A stretch of 64,000 nucleotides of DNA from Lama glama. Lineage: Eukaryota. The notes under the pieces were generated by a model that had not been told where the DNA came from, searched no databases, and worked only from the letters and a program-made list of their open reading frames with translations. The translations under genes were made by a program, and so were the position numbers. The stretch covers positions 56,732,001 to 56,796,000 of the forward strand of contig CM052816.1 in NCBI GenBank assembly GCA_028534125.1, given 5' to 3'. Of the stretch, positions 39,871 through 52,727 are shown piece by piece. How positions within the stretch are numbered: position 1 is the stretch's first letter; each line of letters begins with the position of its first letter.

Positions 39871-42800
39871 CCAAGCCACTGCATTCAGGAAAGCAAGGTT
39901 ACATGAGAAGGTGGCGGCATCACTGGGACCCATGGCCAGAGCAGTGGAGGGGCCATCCACTAGAGAATGTGAGTGCTGTTCAGCAAAGGGCAGGAGGATA
40001 CCAGGCAGACAAAACCAACTGTCCAGGCCAATCCAACATTTGGCACCTCTGTGCATTTCTGCATTCCATGAATCAAGAGTGCACAAGCCTGGGCTTCTTT
40101 CCATCACTTTGATACACTCTATGTATGTCTGACTCTGCCCGTTTGCCTGGAGAGGCAGTCTGTTAAAACCCCACCAGTTCACCACAGGCTACTGAAATGA
40201 ATGACATCCCTTTCATGATACCCTCCACTTGAACTTGCCTCTTCACCTTGAACTTTGACAGCAATTTGTCCTGACCTCTCCTACAGGACTTATCACACTC
40301 TGCCTTAGTTATTGTATCTGAAAAAAACCACCATTGGTCTTCCCTAAAAATGGAGTGGTGGGGAGGACTCTCTTGAACATGGGGTAATAAATCAGAACAG
40401 TGCCTCCCTTCCACTTACAGGGATCAATGTATAAACGTACCTTGCCTAAGAATCTGAACTAACTCAAAATAAAGAAAAAAATCAGCTTCAAATATTTGGC
40501 AAAGTATTTGTTTAACTAAAGGGAGCCATGAGGGGTATGTAGTTCTGTGGTTTGGCCACAGGCTTGTAATGGGCCTCCTCTCCCAGGCTGACAAAGGGAC
40601 TCTCCAGGCAGAGTCTGAAATTGAAACTGCTCTGCGTGAGGTTGAACACTATCTTCATTGTGAGCCAACGAAAGCTTAGCAGGTTATGTCACCTTTAGAA
40701 AAATGCTTCTCTGCTTTAAGAAGGATTTTTGTGGTGACTTATTCCTCCTATGGTATTCAGGCACCCTCTCAGAATTTCTAGGCTGAATATACACATACAC
40801 ATGGAAATGTGTGTATGTATTCAATAAAACTTTTTGAAAGGAAGCAGGGAGAGGGGGACAGGAAAAGAGGAAGAAAGCAAGTAAGCCCAAGAGATAATAG
40901 TAACTCACTTCTAAAAATGATCATTAAACCTTCTGAAATGTCATCCTACCTTTAATCAATCAGGGATTATTTTTCAGACTAGGTATCATGCTCTCCAAAC
41001 ACTAAATGAGCCCAGGAGAAAGGCCAAGACAGTGGTCTCATGGTTCTTACCTCCATTTTCAGCACACTCACTCTCTCTGACTTTATCTTTCTCTGTCTGG
41101 GACAAACCTGTGAACCTTCCAGGACATACACAACCCATCCTTTGCTCAGTGCATCCCCTCCAGTCATCACTCATCTCTTCCCTTGCAAACCAAGAATGGG
41201 CGTCAGTACCAGATACACATGTATATGGATGTATCAAGACACAGAAACAGCGCTACTGTGTCACTCCCTAGTCTCCACTGCCACCCCTATTCCTAGTCCC
41301 AGATTCACAAGAGAGGGAGAAGCCAGGATGGTGAGATATGGTGGTACCTTTTGAGTATGACAGCTACCCACTGAATTCACCATCCCTTACCTCTACGAAG
41401 AGGTGACAGAACACACAGGGAAGAACAAAACCTCTCAAGTCAAGGACTGTGTCCTGGTTTTAGGCCTGGCTCTGCATTTATTGGCTCTGCTCCTGGGCAA
41501 CTCATTTATTTCTCCTCTCTGAGCCTCAGAACACTTGACTAATAAAGAAGGCCTTTTACAAGATAACACATGTGAAAATGACCTCACACATAAAATGAAT
41601 GAATGTCCCTCATTCATTCATTTCCTTCCTTACTCTGCCATGGTCACTGTTCCCTGCATTCCCTGGTAAGGCCTTGGAAATAACTTTAAAAACTCTCAAA
41701 GCCTCAGTTTCCTCCACTGCAAAACAGAAATAATGTCTTAGAGTTATTTTGAGAATCAGATATCATATAGGTAAAGTATCTACCACAGCTTAGTAAACAA
41801 TGGTTATTATGATTAATAAAGTTACACATAAATATTAGTTATTTTGACTATGACTATAGAAAATTCGGCACTATCTAAGCTCTCCAAGGTTGGTAAGCTT
41901 TCTAATAGGCATTGCCTTTTTGGCAACTATTGACTGGTCTTGCAACCAAAAAAAACAAAAAAAAAGTACCCTTTCACACTTTGCGTCATTAGAGAGGCAT
42001 ACGAGAGATGAGAGCTGAGATGAGAGCCGGGGTGAGAGAGAGTGACACACGCAGCCCAAGTGGAGGAAAGGCACAAAGAGGAGAAGGGCTCAGCACTTCC
42101 CGGGTCCTGATGACTTACACTAAAAATGCATTTTAAAGACTGAATAATTATGGGGAACTTAGGTGAGGTCCAATCCTATATTTTTAAATTTTTGATTAAA
42201 AAATGTTAAATTTCTTGGTTGAGTCTCCTTCTGAAATCATCACAACAACAATCCTGGCATTCCTGGAGTCCCTGAAGCAGAACGGTCATGGATCCCGTCC
42301 CACTCCGATCATTAACCACTAGGCTCCCAGGCCAGCCTGACCTGGGCTGCCCATGGTATGACAAAGGGCAACTCTGAGAACCCCAGGAGCACACTGTGGG
42401 CGGTTTGGTTTCAACTGCTTTCAGCCTCTGCTGACATCATAGCCCCCTCTAGACGCTGGTCATTTCCAAAGGCATTGCTTCTAAGTTAGATCTCCTTCTC
42501 TTTCCTTCGGATGGCATGAGGGTAAGACAGTACTACATGCAGTTTTGAGTTAATATGTAAGTATTGGTGGGTTTCTGCTAATCCAGTTTTCCTCTTATTA
42601 CAAAACCCTCTCTCTAAATTTTCACATCTCCTTCGCAAGCTAGTAATGTGTACGTATATCTATCAAAGAACTGTGATAATCAGGACAGGAGAATAAGAAC
42701 AGAGAACAAAAAATACTTCTGATCAGATACAAAAGCTTTGATAATAAGCCAGAAATACCAAGCCCTGAAAACCCCCTCCACGATTTCCCAGGAGACCAGA

Positions 42801-43889
42801 ACTTACATTTTGGGAATGATGTTGGCGATGATTAGGAGGGAGGAAAGAATGAAGAAGAAACTCAAGCTACCTCAGTTTTAAAGATGAACAAAATAATCAA
42901 ATTATCTCCTAAGGGATGAGAGACCACAATTTTTCACAAACTAGCTATGGGGCTGATAAAAAGTCAGGGTTTTTTTTGTTTTTTGTGGGTTTTGTTTCGG
43001 TGTTTCTTCTACTGTATGGAGGTGGCATGTCTGGGTCCTGGGAGATGTGGGATCCAACCCAATGCTGAGACCCCCGTAAGCAGAGGCAGGATCCATCTGA
43101 TTCACTACATCACTCCTTTTGGAAGTGCCTGGCACTCTAGACATGCTTACTGAACATATGAATAATTCCCCATCACTTCACTTCTTTGGGCCCCGTCATC
43201 CTCATCTTTACAATGAGGTGGTTGGACCAGGTCACCTCCAAGGCCCTTTTGGCTCTAAGATCTATGGTTCCAGGACTCCATCCAGCTAACATTACAGTGT
43301 GACCAAACCCACCCATCACAACTAGGTCATCATCGTTTCATTGTTTAATGAAGAACAGAAGCATGGGACACTGTCTGACAACCCCCAACTCTCTGCCACA
43401 ACCTGATTTTCAATTGTCCTTTGTTTATTAGTGACAAATAGTTAATCATTTTCATATCCTGGGTACCTGCTTTCACTTGAATCAAGTTTAATTTCTACAT
43501 AGCTATGTAATGACTTTCTGCTCTAGTCCAAACTGGCTATGCTCTAACTTCGGATTTCAAAGGAGAACATGATTAACGCATTCCCTGCAACTCCATCCAC
43601 TGGACTCTCAAGGTTCTCCACCAGCCTCCTAACCATTAATCCAGGTTGTTAGTCTACCCAACAGCACAGGCATCCACCAGCCAGGCAATATAAACACAAA
43701 AATATATAGAGCAGATTATTCCCCAAATGTAACTGGGTTAGGATTAGCAAAAAGGGTTAGCAGTCTTATAGACCTGCTACCTGCCCTCAAGACATTCTCC
43801 ATGTACCAGAACCAATCATATTCACTCTAAAGAATTAAGGACTTCGGGTATCTCCCATCTCAGAAGGCACTTAAAAGTTTCAAAAAATT

Positions 43890-44120
43890 AGTTGCAAATA
43901 ATTTCAAACTAACAGAAGAGCTGAAAGGAAAAGAATAGCACAAAGAACACAGATACATAGCCTTTACCCAGATTTACTACTGTGAACATTTAATCCATTC
44001 TCCATTTGTGTCTGAGCTTGCTTTCACATGCACACACTTGTGCTCCCTCATAGATACATCTTCTCCCCTCTGAGCCACTGAATGGTAAGTCACATTTATA
44101 TCGCAGCCATTTATCCCCAA
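43890..44120 (-). mobile_element. Ancient L1 (L1MC4/5-like) 3' fragment
   Basis: aaataatttcaaactaacagaagagctg...cctttacccagattt...aacattt. Confidence 0.5.
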
Positions 44121-44314
44121 AGAAGCAGCAATTAAATTTTAAAACAGAATAAATGGAAAAGAGAATGTCATACAAAATTTTTAAGTCCCCAGTGATAAAA
44201 TTTCAAGGATGGTGATGAACAGCATGGGGGATCTGTTCAGGCTGAGGCTTTCAACTATTCCTAGAGAGTCGATCCATCCTATTCCTGGGGTCAGCCTTAA
44301 TTCCAGCCCAAGAG

Positions 44315-44320
44315 CAAACA

Positions 44321-44365
<45 letters not shown>

Positions 44366-44371
44366 ACACAC
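44315..44371 (+). repeat. (CA)n microsatellite
   Basis: Visible CA run with one TA interruption. Confidence 0.95.
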
Positions 44372-45486
44372 CCTTCATTTTATTTTAGAAGGGAAAAGAC
44401 CCTTGAGGTGAACCTGGTATGTTGACAACTGCCAGGCTCCGTTTCACTCTGGGAAAAGCACAGGGTGATGTGATAGGTCATTCTGCTCTTGACAGAGAAT
44501 TCCGCTCCCCCAGGACAAAGCTACAGACAGCCCACTTGCAGAAATACCTCTTCTGCTTGCAAGCTCACATAAATTGTTTCTTTCTCTTTGAGTTAAAAAC
44601 ATAACCACATAAATTCTCTCTAAAGACAAGAAACAAAATGGGTTGCTCACTTCCCTTCTAGTTTTGATAAATCTCAGAAGGCAGCCATCATCACCTGCTG
44701 GGGACGGGACGCTGGGGACTGCGACCATCTCCGCTGTTCCCGAACACTGTCCCTTGGTCCCCAAGACTTGCTCCACAGAATGGGTTGCAGGTGAGGGGAA
44801 TACGCAGTGTGAAGCCACTTCATTATTAATCATACTACCAATAAAGAGCTCTTCTTCCTTTGGCAGTAAAGCATTTTGCATACTTGGTAATTATTATTAA
44901 TAAACCTTTTTTATATGTGACTGTATCCCCTGGAGAAATATAGGCTTTCCTGCTGAAATCACTTTCTTAAAATCCCTTCTGTAGGACATCTATAAAATCA
45001 GTGCAATAGTAAAAAAATAGAAAGAACTTTCTTAGGTATTAAACCCCCCCCCAAAAAAAGCACACACTTGAAAACTCACACACAAAAGCAGCAGAAACTG
45101 GGTGTCGAACACAGACATAGTTCTCTGTATGTCCCACAAAGACTGAACATACTAAAGTCAACAGGACTCTTAATTGCCAAGGTAACTCCGATTAAGTGAA
45201 TCCAAAACATTTACCTTGTACTAAATTCCTTTAAAAAAAAAAAACAGAATTGCACGTACACGACATAGCACAAAGGTAGGTTCAGAGAGAAAGGAACGTA
45301 AAAAGGAAGAGTAGGTTTGCCTCAGAAGTCGAACTGTAAAGTATATAGTGAGAGTTTTATAAAGACGTGTATAAACACGCACTTCCATCAGAAAGAGTCT
45401 CGCAAAGCAACGAGGAAGAGAGGTAAGAATATGAAGATGCCTGTCTTGGCTCTGGGGGAAGTAAAAGATAAGATCCTGTGATCTAC

Positions 45487-45571
45487 CTTGTTTGGACGCC
45501 CTCCGTCGAATCTTCATTTTGGGGAAGGAAGGCCACGAGTAGTTAAAAGGTGAGTCTGAGTCAGAATCCAT
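45487..45571 (-). CDS. ARHGEF28: ARHGEF28 alternative start exon, coding part: MDSDSDSPFNYSWPSFPKMKIRRRASKQ
   Basis: ATG in strong context (aagATGG), in-frame TGA 7 codons upstream, donor CAAG|gtagat in phase 1 like exon 9; matches my recollection of an N-terminally shorter human isoform. Confidence 0.75.
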
Positions 45572-48500
45572 CTTTCTGTCTCGATGAAATCAACAGATTC
45601 AGCAGGAAAGACTCAGGAAGGACTCGGGCGTCCCCAGCCAAAGAGGCGAGTCTCCGGTGTGATGTAAAAGGAAGGAATGGGGCTGGGTGAAAGCTGCGAA
45701 CACTGGGAGGGAGAGGCAATAAATGTTTAGCTTCCTTCAGGCGTTCAGGCATGTAGACCGAGAAGGAGGCTGTAAATATTCAAGCCAAGCTAGGGAAGCA
45801 AAAGGAGGCGAGCCTGGCAGCTCAGAGTCGTGCGGGTACGTCGCCGTCCAGTTATTCAAAAGGTCACTGGGAGCAAATGAATCATTAACTCTCTTCTTCT
45901 GTTGCTGGAAATGCAAATGAAGAAGAAAGGTAACTGAATGGAAAGAGAGCCGCCTGTGACTCCAGAAAAGCCTCCCAATGCAGGCGCTTGTTTTGCTCGG
46001 CAGCTGGAGTGTATCGTTCCTCAGAAAAGCCACCCTGTGCCTTGTGAGATAAAGGTTGAGGTTTATGTGTGTGGACAGCCAGAAAGCTCGGTACACAGGC
46101 AAACAAAGGCCATCCTACTCAGGGCAGGGATTTCTCCAGAGCAATCTCTTCTTTCATTACCATCGGCAGGTTTGGCAGCTTTTCAGACCAAAGAGCCAAA
46201 ACAGCTCTGATAATTCATTTAACAATCTAGTCTCCCCATCCTTTCAACTCTAAAGTGGTTGGAAACTTTACTTTTTATCCAGAATTGTATCTCATTAAAT
46301 TCATGCAAAATCGTCTACTTTATGGTTTAGCACACGTGGGCCTTTGCTTCTTCAATTGTCACCAAGTGTGGCTGTCAGTCATGAGGATCTGGGCGCCTGT
46401 GGGGCTCTGATCTAAACTTGCAGTCCATCTCAGCAGAGCTGGTGATGAATTTACCACAAGCCAGCGTTCTTACACGGTCTCCCTGAACAACTCTCTGGTA
46501 GTCAGCATTCAGCAGAAGCCCATCGCTGCCTCCCCATAAATCGTGAAACTGCTCAAACTTGCTTCTCTAAATCCCGACAGGCAGGCACACAGATATGTGT
46601 GCCCCCTAAGCCCAAGTATAGCAGCCAAGATCGGCGGTGGGCAAAAGTTTATCCCAAGTTTCATACGTGAGTCTGTTTAAGCATTTCTTTCCATACAAGT
46701 ACTGCGTTTTGTTCTGAGGTCATCTGACAGCCCAATAAACCAAAGGAGAGTGGAAACAATATGAGGACCTTGTCAGCGCTGCAGACTTGGAACACCACAG
46801 CATGCGTCTTAGTTAACATTCATCTCTCGACGTCAATTACCTCTTAAATTGTCGGCACTATCGTGTCCTGCCCTGTGTGGAAAGAGATGCACACCCTACT
46901 CGCTGAGAGCTCTTCTCGTCTGACTGGGTAGCAGATGAGTGAGGGGCACAGACAGAAGTGAAGAAAGGAGAGAAACCACGGACTTGCAAATGTAAATCAA
47001 AATCAGAATTACACAAATCACCTCTGTGTTTTTATATGGCTTGCTACATAAATGTGCATACAAGTAGATCAAGATACAACTAGAAGGTCATTGCAAGCAT
47101 TACAACTAAGTAAAAACAAACAATATATTCTCTACTTAGCGACCTTTTATTTGAAGAAGGACACATTTTTCTTAATCAGCTGGGTGCAACTGTAGGGAAA
47201 CACTATGCTCAACTCTATTACCTATTATAACAGGTATGTGAGTTTTAGTCCACATGCCTCTATGAGAAAATAGATAAAATCTTGTGCATGGATTTCCATT
47301 CACTCTCAGTTTCAGCACTTAGAACATTGCAGGCAGGTGCTAAATGAATGAATTATTTACACTAGTTAAGTATCAACCTGTAGGTGAGGAATCTCTATAT
47401 GATAGCTGTAGTATTTTTAGTATCTGCTTATTGAAAACATGTATCTTGACAAAAAAAAAGCCACACACAAGAATTCTCTAAAATATATTTGCATTGTATT
47501 CATCACAACAATATCTACATTTGAAAAGCCCAATACTTATGGGTGGAGAAAACCCATTGTTCCCTAAGGCTCCAAGCAACACTTGGGGTTGGCATAGATC
47601 CGAGAACTCCTGGTTGCCTCAGAACTCCTGGAGCAAAGGAAGGGAACCCCCACCAGTGCAGACAATCACCAAACTGAAATGGAAGTACTGGATCAGGAGA
47701 TACTATTATCTTTCTCATTATCCTGCAAGGTAAACTTTTAGAGCCACTTAACCAGGATAAATCTCAGGTCAACAAACTACTGGAGCAGGCTGCTTCCATC
47801 TTGACCATCAGTGACAGGTCAGAAGACCTTCGGGACAAGGCACACAAAGGTATGGAAGAACTTGGTAAAACACAGTTCTGTAAACTGAGATGTCAGGTAG
47901 ATCCACCTGAGTCTAGTTTTCCCCAAAGCACAGTCCTTGTGGACCAATTTCATATCAACTGATGTTGATATGGACATGATTCCGGCAATAAAACTAGTAG
48001 AACTACCCAACCAGTGCCTGTGAGAAGCCCAACAAGAGACTCTCCAATCTCCTCATTTGCCTTATTATCTATCAACACTGTTCAAAGAACGAGATGAGTT
48101 TCCTGACCAGCAGTGCACAGTTAACAGTTAAAGCGAAGCACTAAATATGGTGTTGATCCAGCCCCTTTATTTTTAGGCTGGTTTGCTTTCTTACCGAAGA
48201 ATTTCTCCTGAATGTGGGTCATTTATCTTCCTTGTTTTCTATAGTAATTCAGATTTTTTCCTCCATTGGGTCAATGTGGTTGCATTTAAATTAATTCAAG
48301 ATGTTATTTACATCTCATTTATATTCAATGGCTTAATGTCTTTGCTTTCTCTGACTGGCTGACTGTAACTGCAGTTGGCAGAATTCAGTGATACATCCCC
48401 TAGGCCACTTTCTCACCAGATATCATACAACCACTGCAGCATAAGAATGTGAATTGTTTCATCAGCCTTTGATTAGAAAACCCTTCACTTAGAAAATAAC

Positions 48501-48725
48501 CTCCATAAAGTTACAGTTGTCCAGGACAGATGTTGTCACCTACCTTTCAACCCCGATAAAACTGAACCTCTCTAGAAGAGTATATTTTGATTCGAATTAC
48601 AGTATTTGTACGGTTTTCTTATCCTCCAATGAGACCCAAAATTTATTCAGGGCAAGAACTGTTATATTCATATTGTAAGGAGCCACAGGCTAAAAAGAAA
48701 AAGACTGGGGTTTTGGAGACATATA

Positions 48726-49217
48726 CAGATGGCCCCCAACTTACAATGGATCAATTTAGGATTTTTCAGTGTTACCAATGGTGCAGAAGCAATACACATT
48801 CAGAACTGAATTCTGACCCTTCCCCAGATTAGCAGCGATATGTGATACGATCCTCTGTCACAATGCTGGAAGGTGACAGTGAGTGCAGCTTCTAGTCAGC
48901 CATGCACTCACGAGGGTAAACAACCTGTATGCTTACAGCCATCCTGTGCCCATTCAATCAACTGTTTCTTAGTTTCATTAGAGAAGTCAATAAATGACAT
49001 GAGATATTCAACACTTTATCGTAGGATAGGCTTTGTGTTATATGATGCTGCCCAGCTGAGGCTAATGTATGTGTTCTGAGCGTGCTTAAGATGGAGGGCT
49101 AGGCTAAGCTATGATGTTCAGTGGGGTCTATTTATTAAATGCGTTTTGGCGTATAGTATTTTCAACTTACAGTGGTTTTATTGGGGCATAACCCCATCAT
49201 AAGCTAAGGAAGATCTG
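48726..49217. mobile_element. TcMar-Tigger non-autonomous DNA transposon (MER47/Tigger5-like)
   Basis: Terminal inverted repeats cagatggcccccaacttacaatgg and ccatcataagctaaggaagatctg, each flanked by TA. Confidence 0.85.
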
Positions 49218-49224
49218 TATTTCT

Positions 49225-49350
49225 GGACTCTGTCACTTACTTATTTCGTGGCCCTAACCAAGTCACTCATACTTTCTGATCCTCAGTTGTTTTATACAAA
49301 ATGGGACAATATCTGTACTTCAATGAGTTCTTAGGAGCAAATGGGATTCT
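49225..49350 (+). mobile_element. MIR fragment
   Basis: ctctgtcacttact...aagtcactcatactttctgatcctcagtt...aaaatgggacaata. Confidence 0.55.
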
Positions 49351-51159
49351 AATAGTAAAGAACATATATTTTCAGTAAGTTTTAGTTTAAGTATGAAATG
49401 TAAATAGTTTCCCTTTCATTATCTTTCTCTTCTACACCATAGACACTGAAGGAGTCTCATCTTTACCCCCAGGAGTAATAGCTTGAGTTTTCAAAGCCGA
49501 GAAAAGGGCAATGTGCAAAGAAGTGCCAAGGAAATCACATCAGGACAGAAAGAGGAGGAAGATGTGTTTTGCTTCTCTGCTCCATTGTTTGACCACCAGC
49601 AACCACAGTTTTTAACACAGTTAAACACCATTCTTGGGAAAAAAAATCATAAAAGATACAGGTAAGAGGCGGCAAGACCCATGATGCAAGGACAAACCTA
49701 TCCTGGGAAATTTCAGCCAGGACAGTGACAATTCCACGTAGCCTCAAGTGCTAGCGTTAGGTGAAAGAGATGATCAAAGCCTTCCTCAAAAATCCCTTAG
49801 AAGGCACCATGTCATCTCTCTAAACTCAACAGAAACAGTTCTTTGCTGGAGAACATCGTTACCTCGGTCGGGCACCAGGTGCAATGGTTGGCTTTCACTG
49901 GGAGGCCATGTTTGACAGAAAGCGAGGCCCTTTAAAGGCACAGCTCACATCCACATGTAAGATGTGCTCCTGTGAGAAGCAGGGGGGGAAGGACACATTC
50001 ACACCTCCAACGTCACACTCTCTCAGGGCCATTACACCCACTGAGTGCAATCCTGGATAGAGCCACCCAAGGCTCAAATTATTATTTTTCTTTCTACTGC
50101 CCTTCTCTGTTTTATTTTTTAAATAGAGCCTATAAAATAGAATTTGCATAAAACAGACATGAAGTAGGAGCACGGTACAATGGTGGCCATAAATTGGAAA
50201 TTCAGGATGCCACCATGCATAATACCACCTTTCTTTAAAAATAAGAATATTTTTTATTTTTTATCTACCTTCATTATCCTGATTTATTTTAACAAAAAAA
50301 TCTGCATGCCCCTTCATTAGTTCTCATATCCCCACCTTATGTCATCCTATTGTCTAAGGAGGAAAAAAATGAAATCCAACAAATGAAATCACTTACATTA
50401 AGACATACATAAGAAGAGAAGAAAATACTGAAAAACTCTTCAGGATAAGAAAATAATAGATCTTCTGACCAAAGCAACATATTAAAAGAATTATATCATC
50501 AAAGCATCCACCAGCACATAGTATTGCTATAGAGAGAGGTTCTATTTAGATGATTCTCTGAAGAAAATAAAGATGCTTGGTGGATCTCTTTTGGTTTTAA
50601 ACATTAAAGTTCCCAGGCATACTTGAAAGGAAAGAATTAGGACAGATTCACTAAGTTTCTCTGAATAATACATTATGAAGAATTTATAATTTTTCTTGAA
50701 GCAGCAGCTGCGGATATGAATGTGGGGGCCCTTGGATGTGGGGGAAGCTAGGACAAGGGGCCATGAGTCTGGACAGAGAAAGGATGGAGAGGAAGGAAAG
50801 GATCTTGTTAAAGTGTAAGGAGAAAAAAAACTCTTCCAAGGAGGAAGAGCCAAGGCATGTAGGGAAAGTGGCATCTGCGATGACATTTGAAGTTTTCTCT
50901 GATAATGCTTCAATTTCAGTTTTCCCAAACCTTCCAAAAAAGTTTCTCAAATGCCATGGACGTAGTCACAATCGTTTTTAAAATCAATTTGAACAAAGTT
51001 CAACTTGCTATTCTATAGACTTTTATATGGTCATTCATTGTGTAAGTAAGTTAACTGTGATATCAAAAGAGAAAAGAATTTAAATAATTTTAATGTAAAT
51101 GTTAAGCTATCATTCTAAAGTTCTGAAGCTGAAATTCACACAAAAGGTAATAGATAGTC

Positions 51160-51835
51160 CTTTTTTTTAAAGAGTGAGCTCATCTTGTATTTGCTACAGC
51201 TACAGGAGTGTTGCTGCTTTAAGGCCCTCTCAACTGTCAGCAAGGAGATGCATGTGTCCTAACCCAGGTATATACACACATCTACAAATACTCCTATATG
51301 CAATTATGTACATCTATTTTAGCTAATCACAAGTACACACTGATGTCTACATCTCTAATCCATTAATTAGCACATGGATCATTCTAGCCTCCTCCCCTTG
51401 CTTATCTGTAAACTCCCACTCCAAAAGTGAAAAATCTGACACCTACTCTCCATAATACATTGACTTACTTATTTCCAGTATATATTAATAGTGGTATCAG
51501 AAATGTTAATCTGTACCCCTCCGGGAAACAACTTCATCCCCTAGACGATGGTCCTTTATGTACAGCTTATTTTGCCTTTATTCTTACAGACTCTACTCAT
51601 TTCCAAAGTTATTGAGGTCTGCACCCCATTCCTGTCCTCGACAGTAAGGTTATTTGTAAAGTTTTTAATACAATTAGATTATTTTGCTACATTGTGCATT
51701 CCATTATAGAATCGTCCGACCTTTTAATTTTTTTTATTTGCACACATTAAGGTTTACTCTGTGTGCCAAAAAATTTTATGGCTTTTTGACATGTATCCAC
51801 CATTACAATTATCATAAAAAATATTTCCACCACCA
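51160..51835 (-). mobile_element. L1MC/L1MD-like 3' UTR segment, inverted arm
   Basis: Minus strand gaggctagaatgatccatgtgctaattaatggattagaga...gagggccttaaagcagcaacac. Confidence 0.7.
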
Positions 51836-51839
51836 CCCT

Positions 51840-52727
51840 AAAAAAAAATCAACAATGACAGGAATAAGTAGAAAGGGCACAGAAGCCAACTGAAAGAGTC
51901 CCCCGTTGCTAAAGCTAGAACACACTAAATGAAGCACTAGATTACTACCCAAAGTGTAAAATAAACAACCATTAATTCATGCTGACATAAACGGCTGAAT
52001 AAAGAAGCAGGTGAGGGGGGAATACAAACTCCTCATGTAGAAGAATTCCAAATAATGTATGTAGATGCTTTGCCCAGAGGGAAGTACACAGATAACGCCC
52101 CACTCCTGAGGTGTGGGCTGCGCATCGTGACTTCCTTCCAAAGAATGCAATTATGGAAAGGGGAGTGGGGAGGAGCACCTTGACAGTGAAGGAACCTCAC
52201 AAACACGGCTTCCACCAGGTAGTCAAGGTCATCATCAGCAGTGACAGGTCGTGTTGAGATTATATGTCATTGATATAATGTGACAATAATGACACTTCCT
52301 CCCCAAATCCCTATCCCCAGCTTAATGATGGGAAAACACCCAAAGCATGCCAAATGAGGGACATTTTACAGAATACCTGACCAGTACTCCTCAGAACTGT
52401 CAAGATCATCAAAAATAGGTCTGAGAAACTCTCGCGGCCAAGGGAAGCCTAAGGAAACATGACAATTAAATGTAATAAGTATCCTGGGGCAGAAAAAGGC
52501 AACTGGATAAAAAACTAAGGAAATCTAAATAAAGATGGACTGTAGTCAATAATAATGTATCAAAACTAGTTCACTAATTTTAACAAATGTACCAGAATAT
52601 TATATATGATGTTAATCATAAGGGAAACTAGGGGCCCTAGAGGGCTGGGTGTACAGAAACTCTCTGTACCATCTTTGCAACTTTTCTGTACATCTAAACC
52701 TGCCCTACAAAATAAAGTTTAAAAAAT
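51840..52727 (+). mobile_element. L1MC/L1MD-like 3' UTR to poly(A), sense arm
   Basis: cacagaagccaactgaaagag...atacctgaccagtactcctcagaactgtcaag...ctctctgtaccatctttgcaacttttctgta...aataaagtttaaaaa. Confidence 0.8.
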
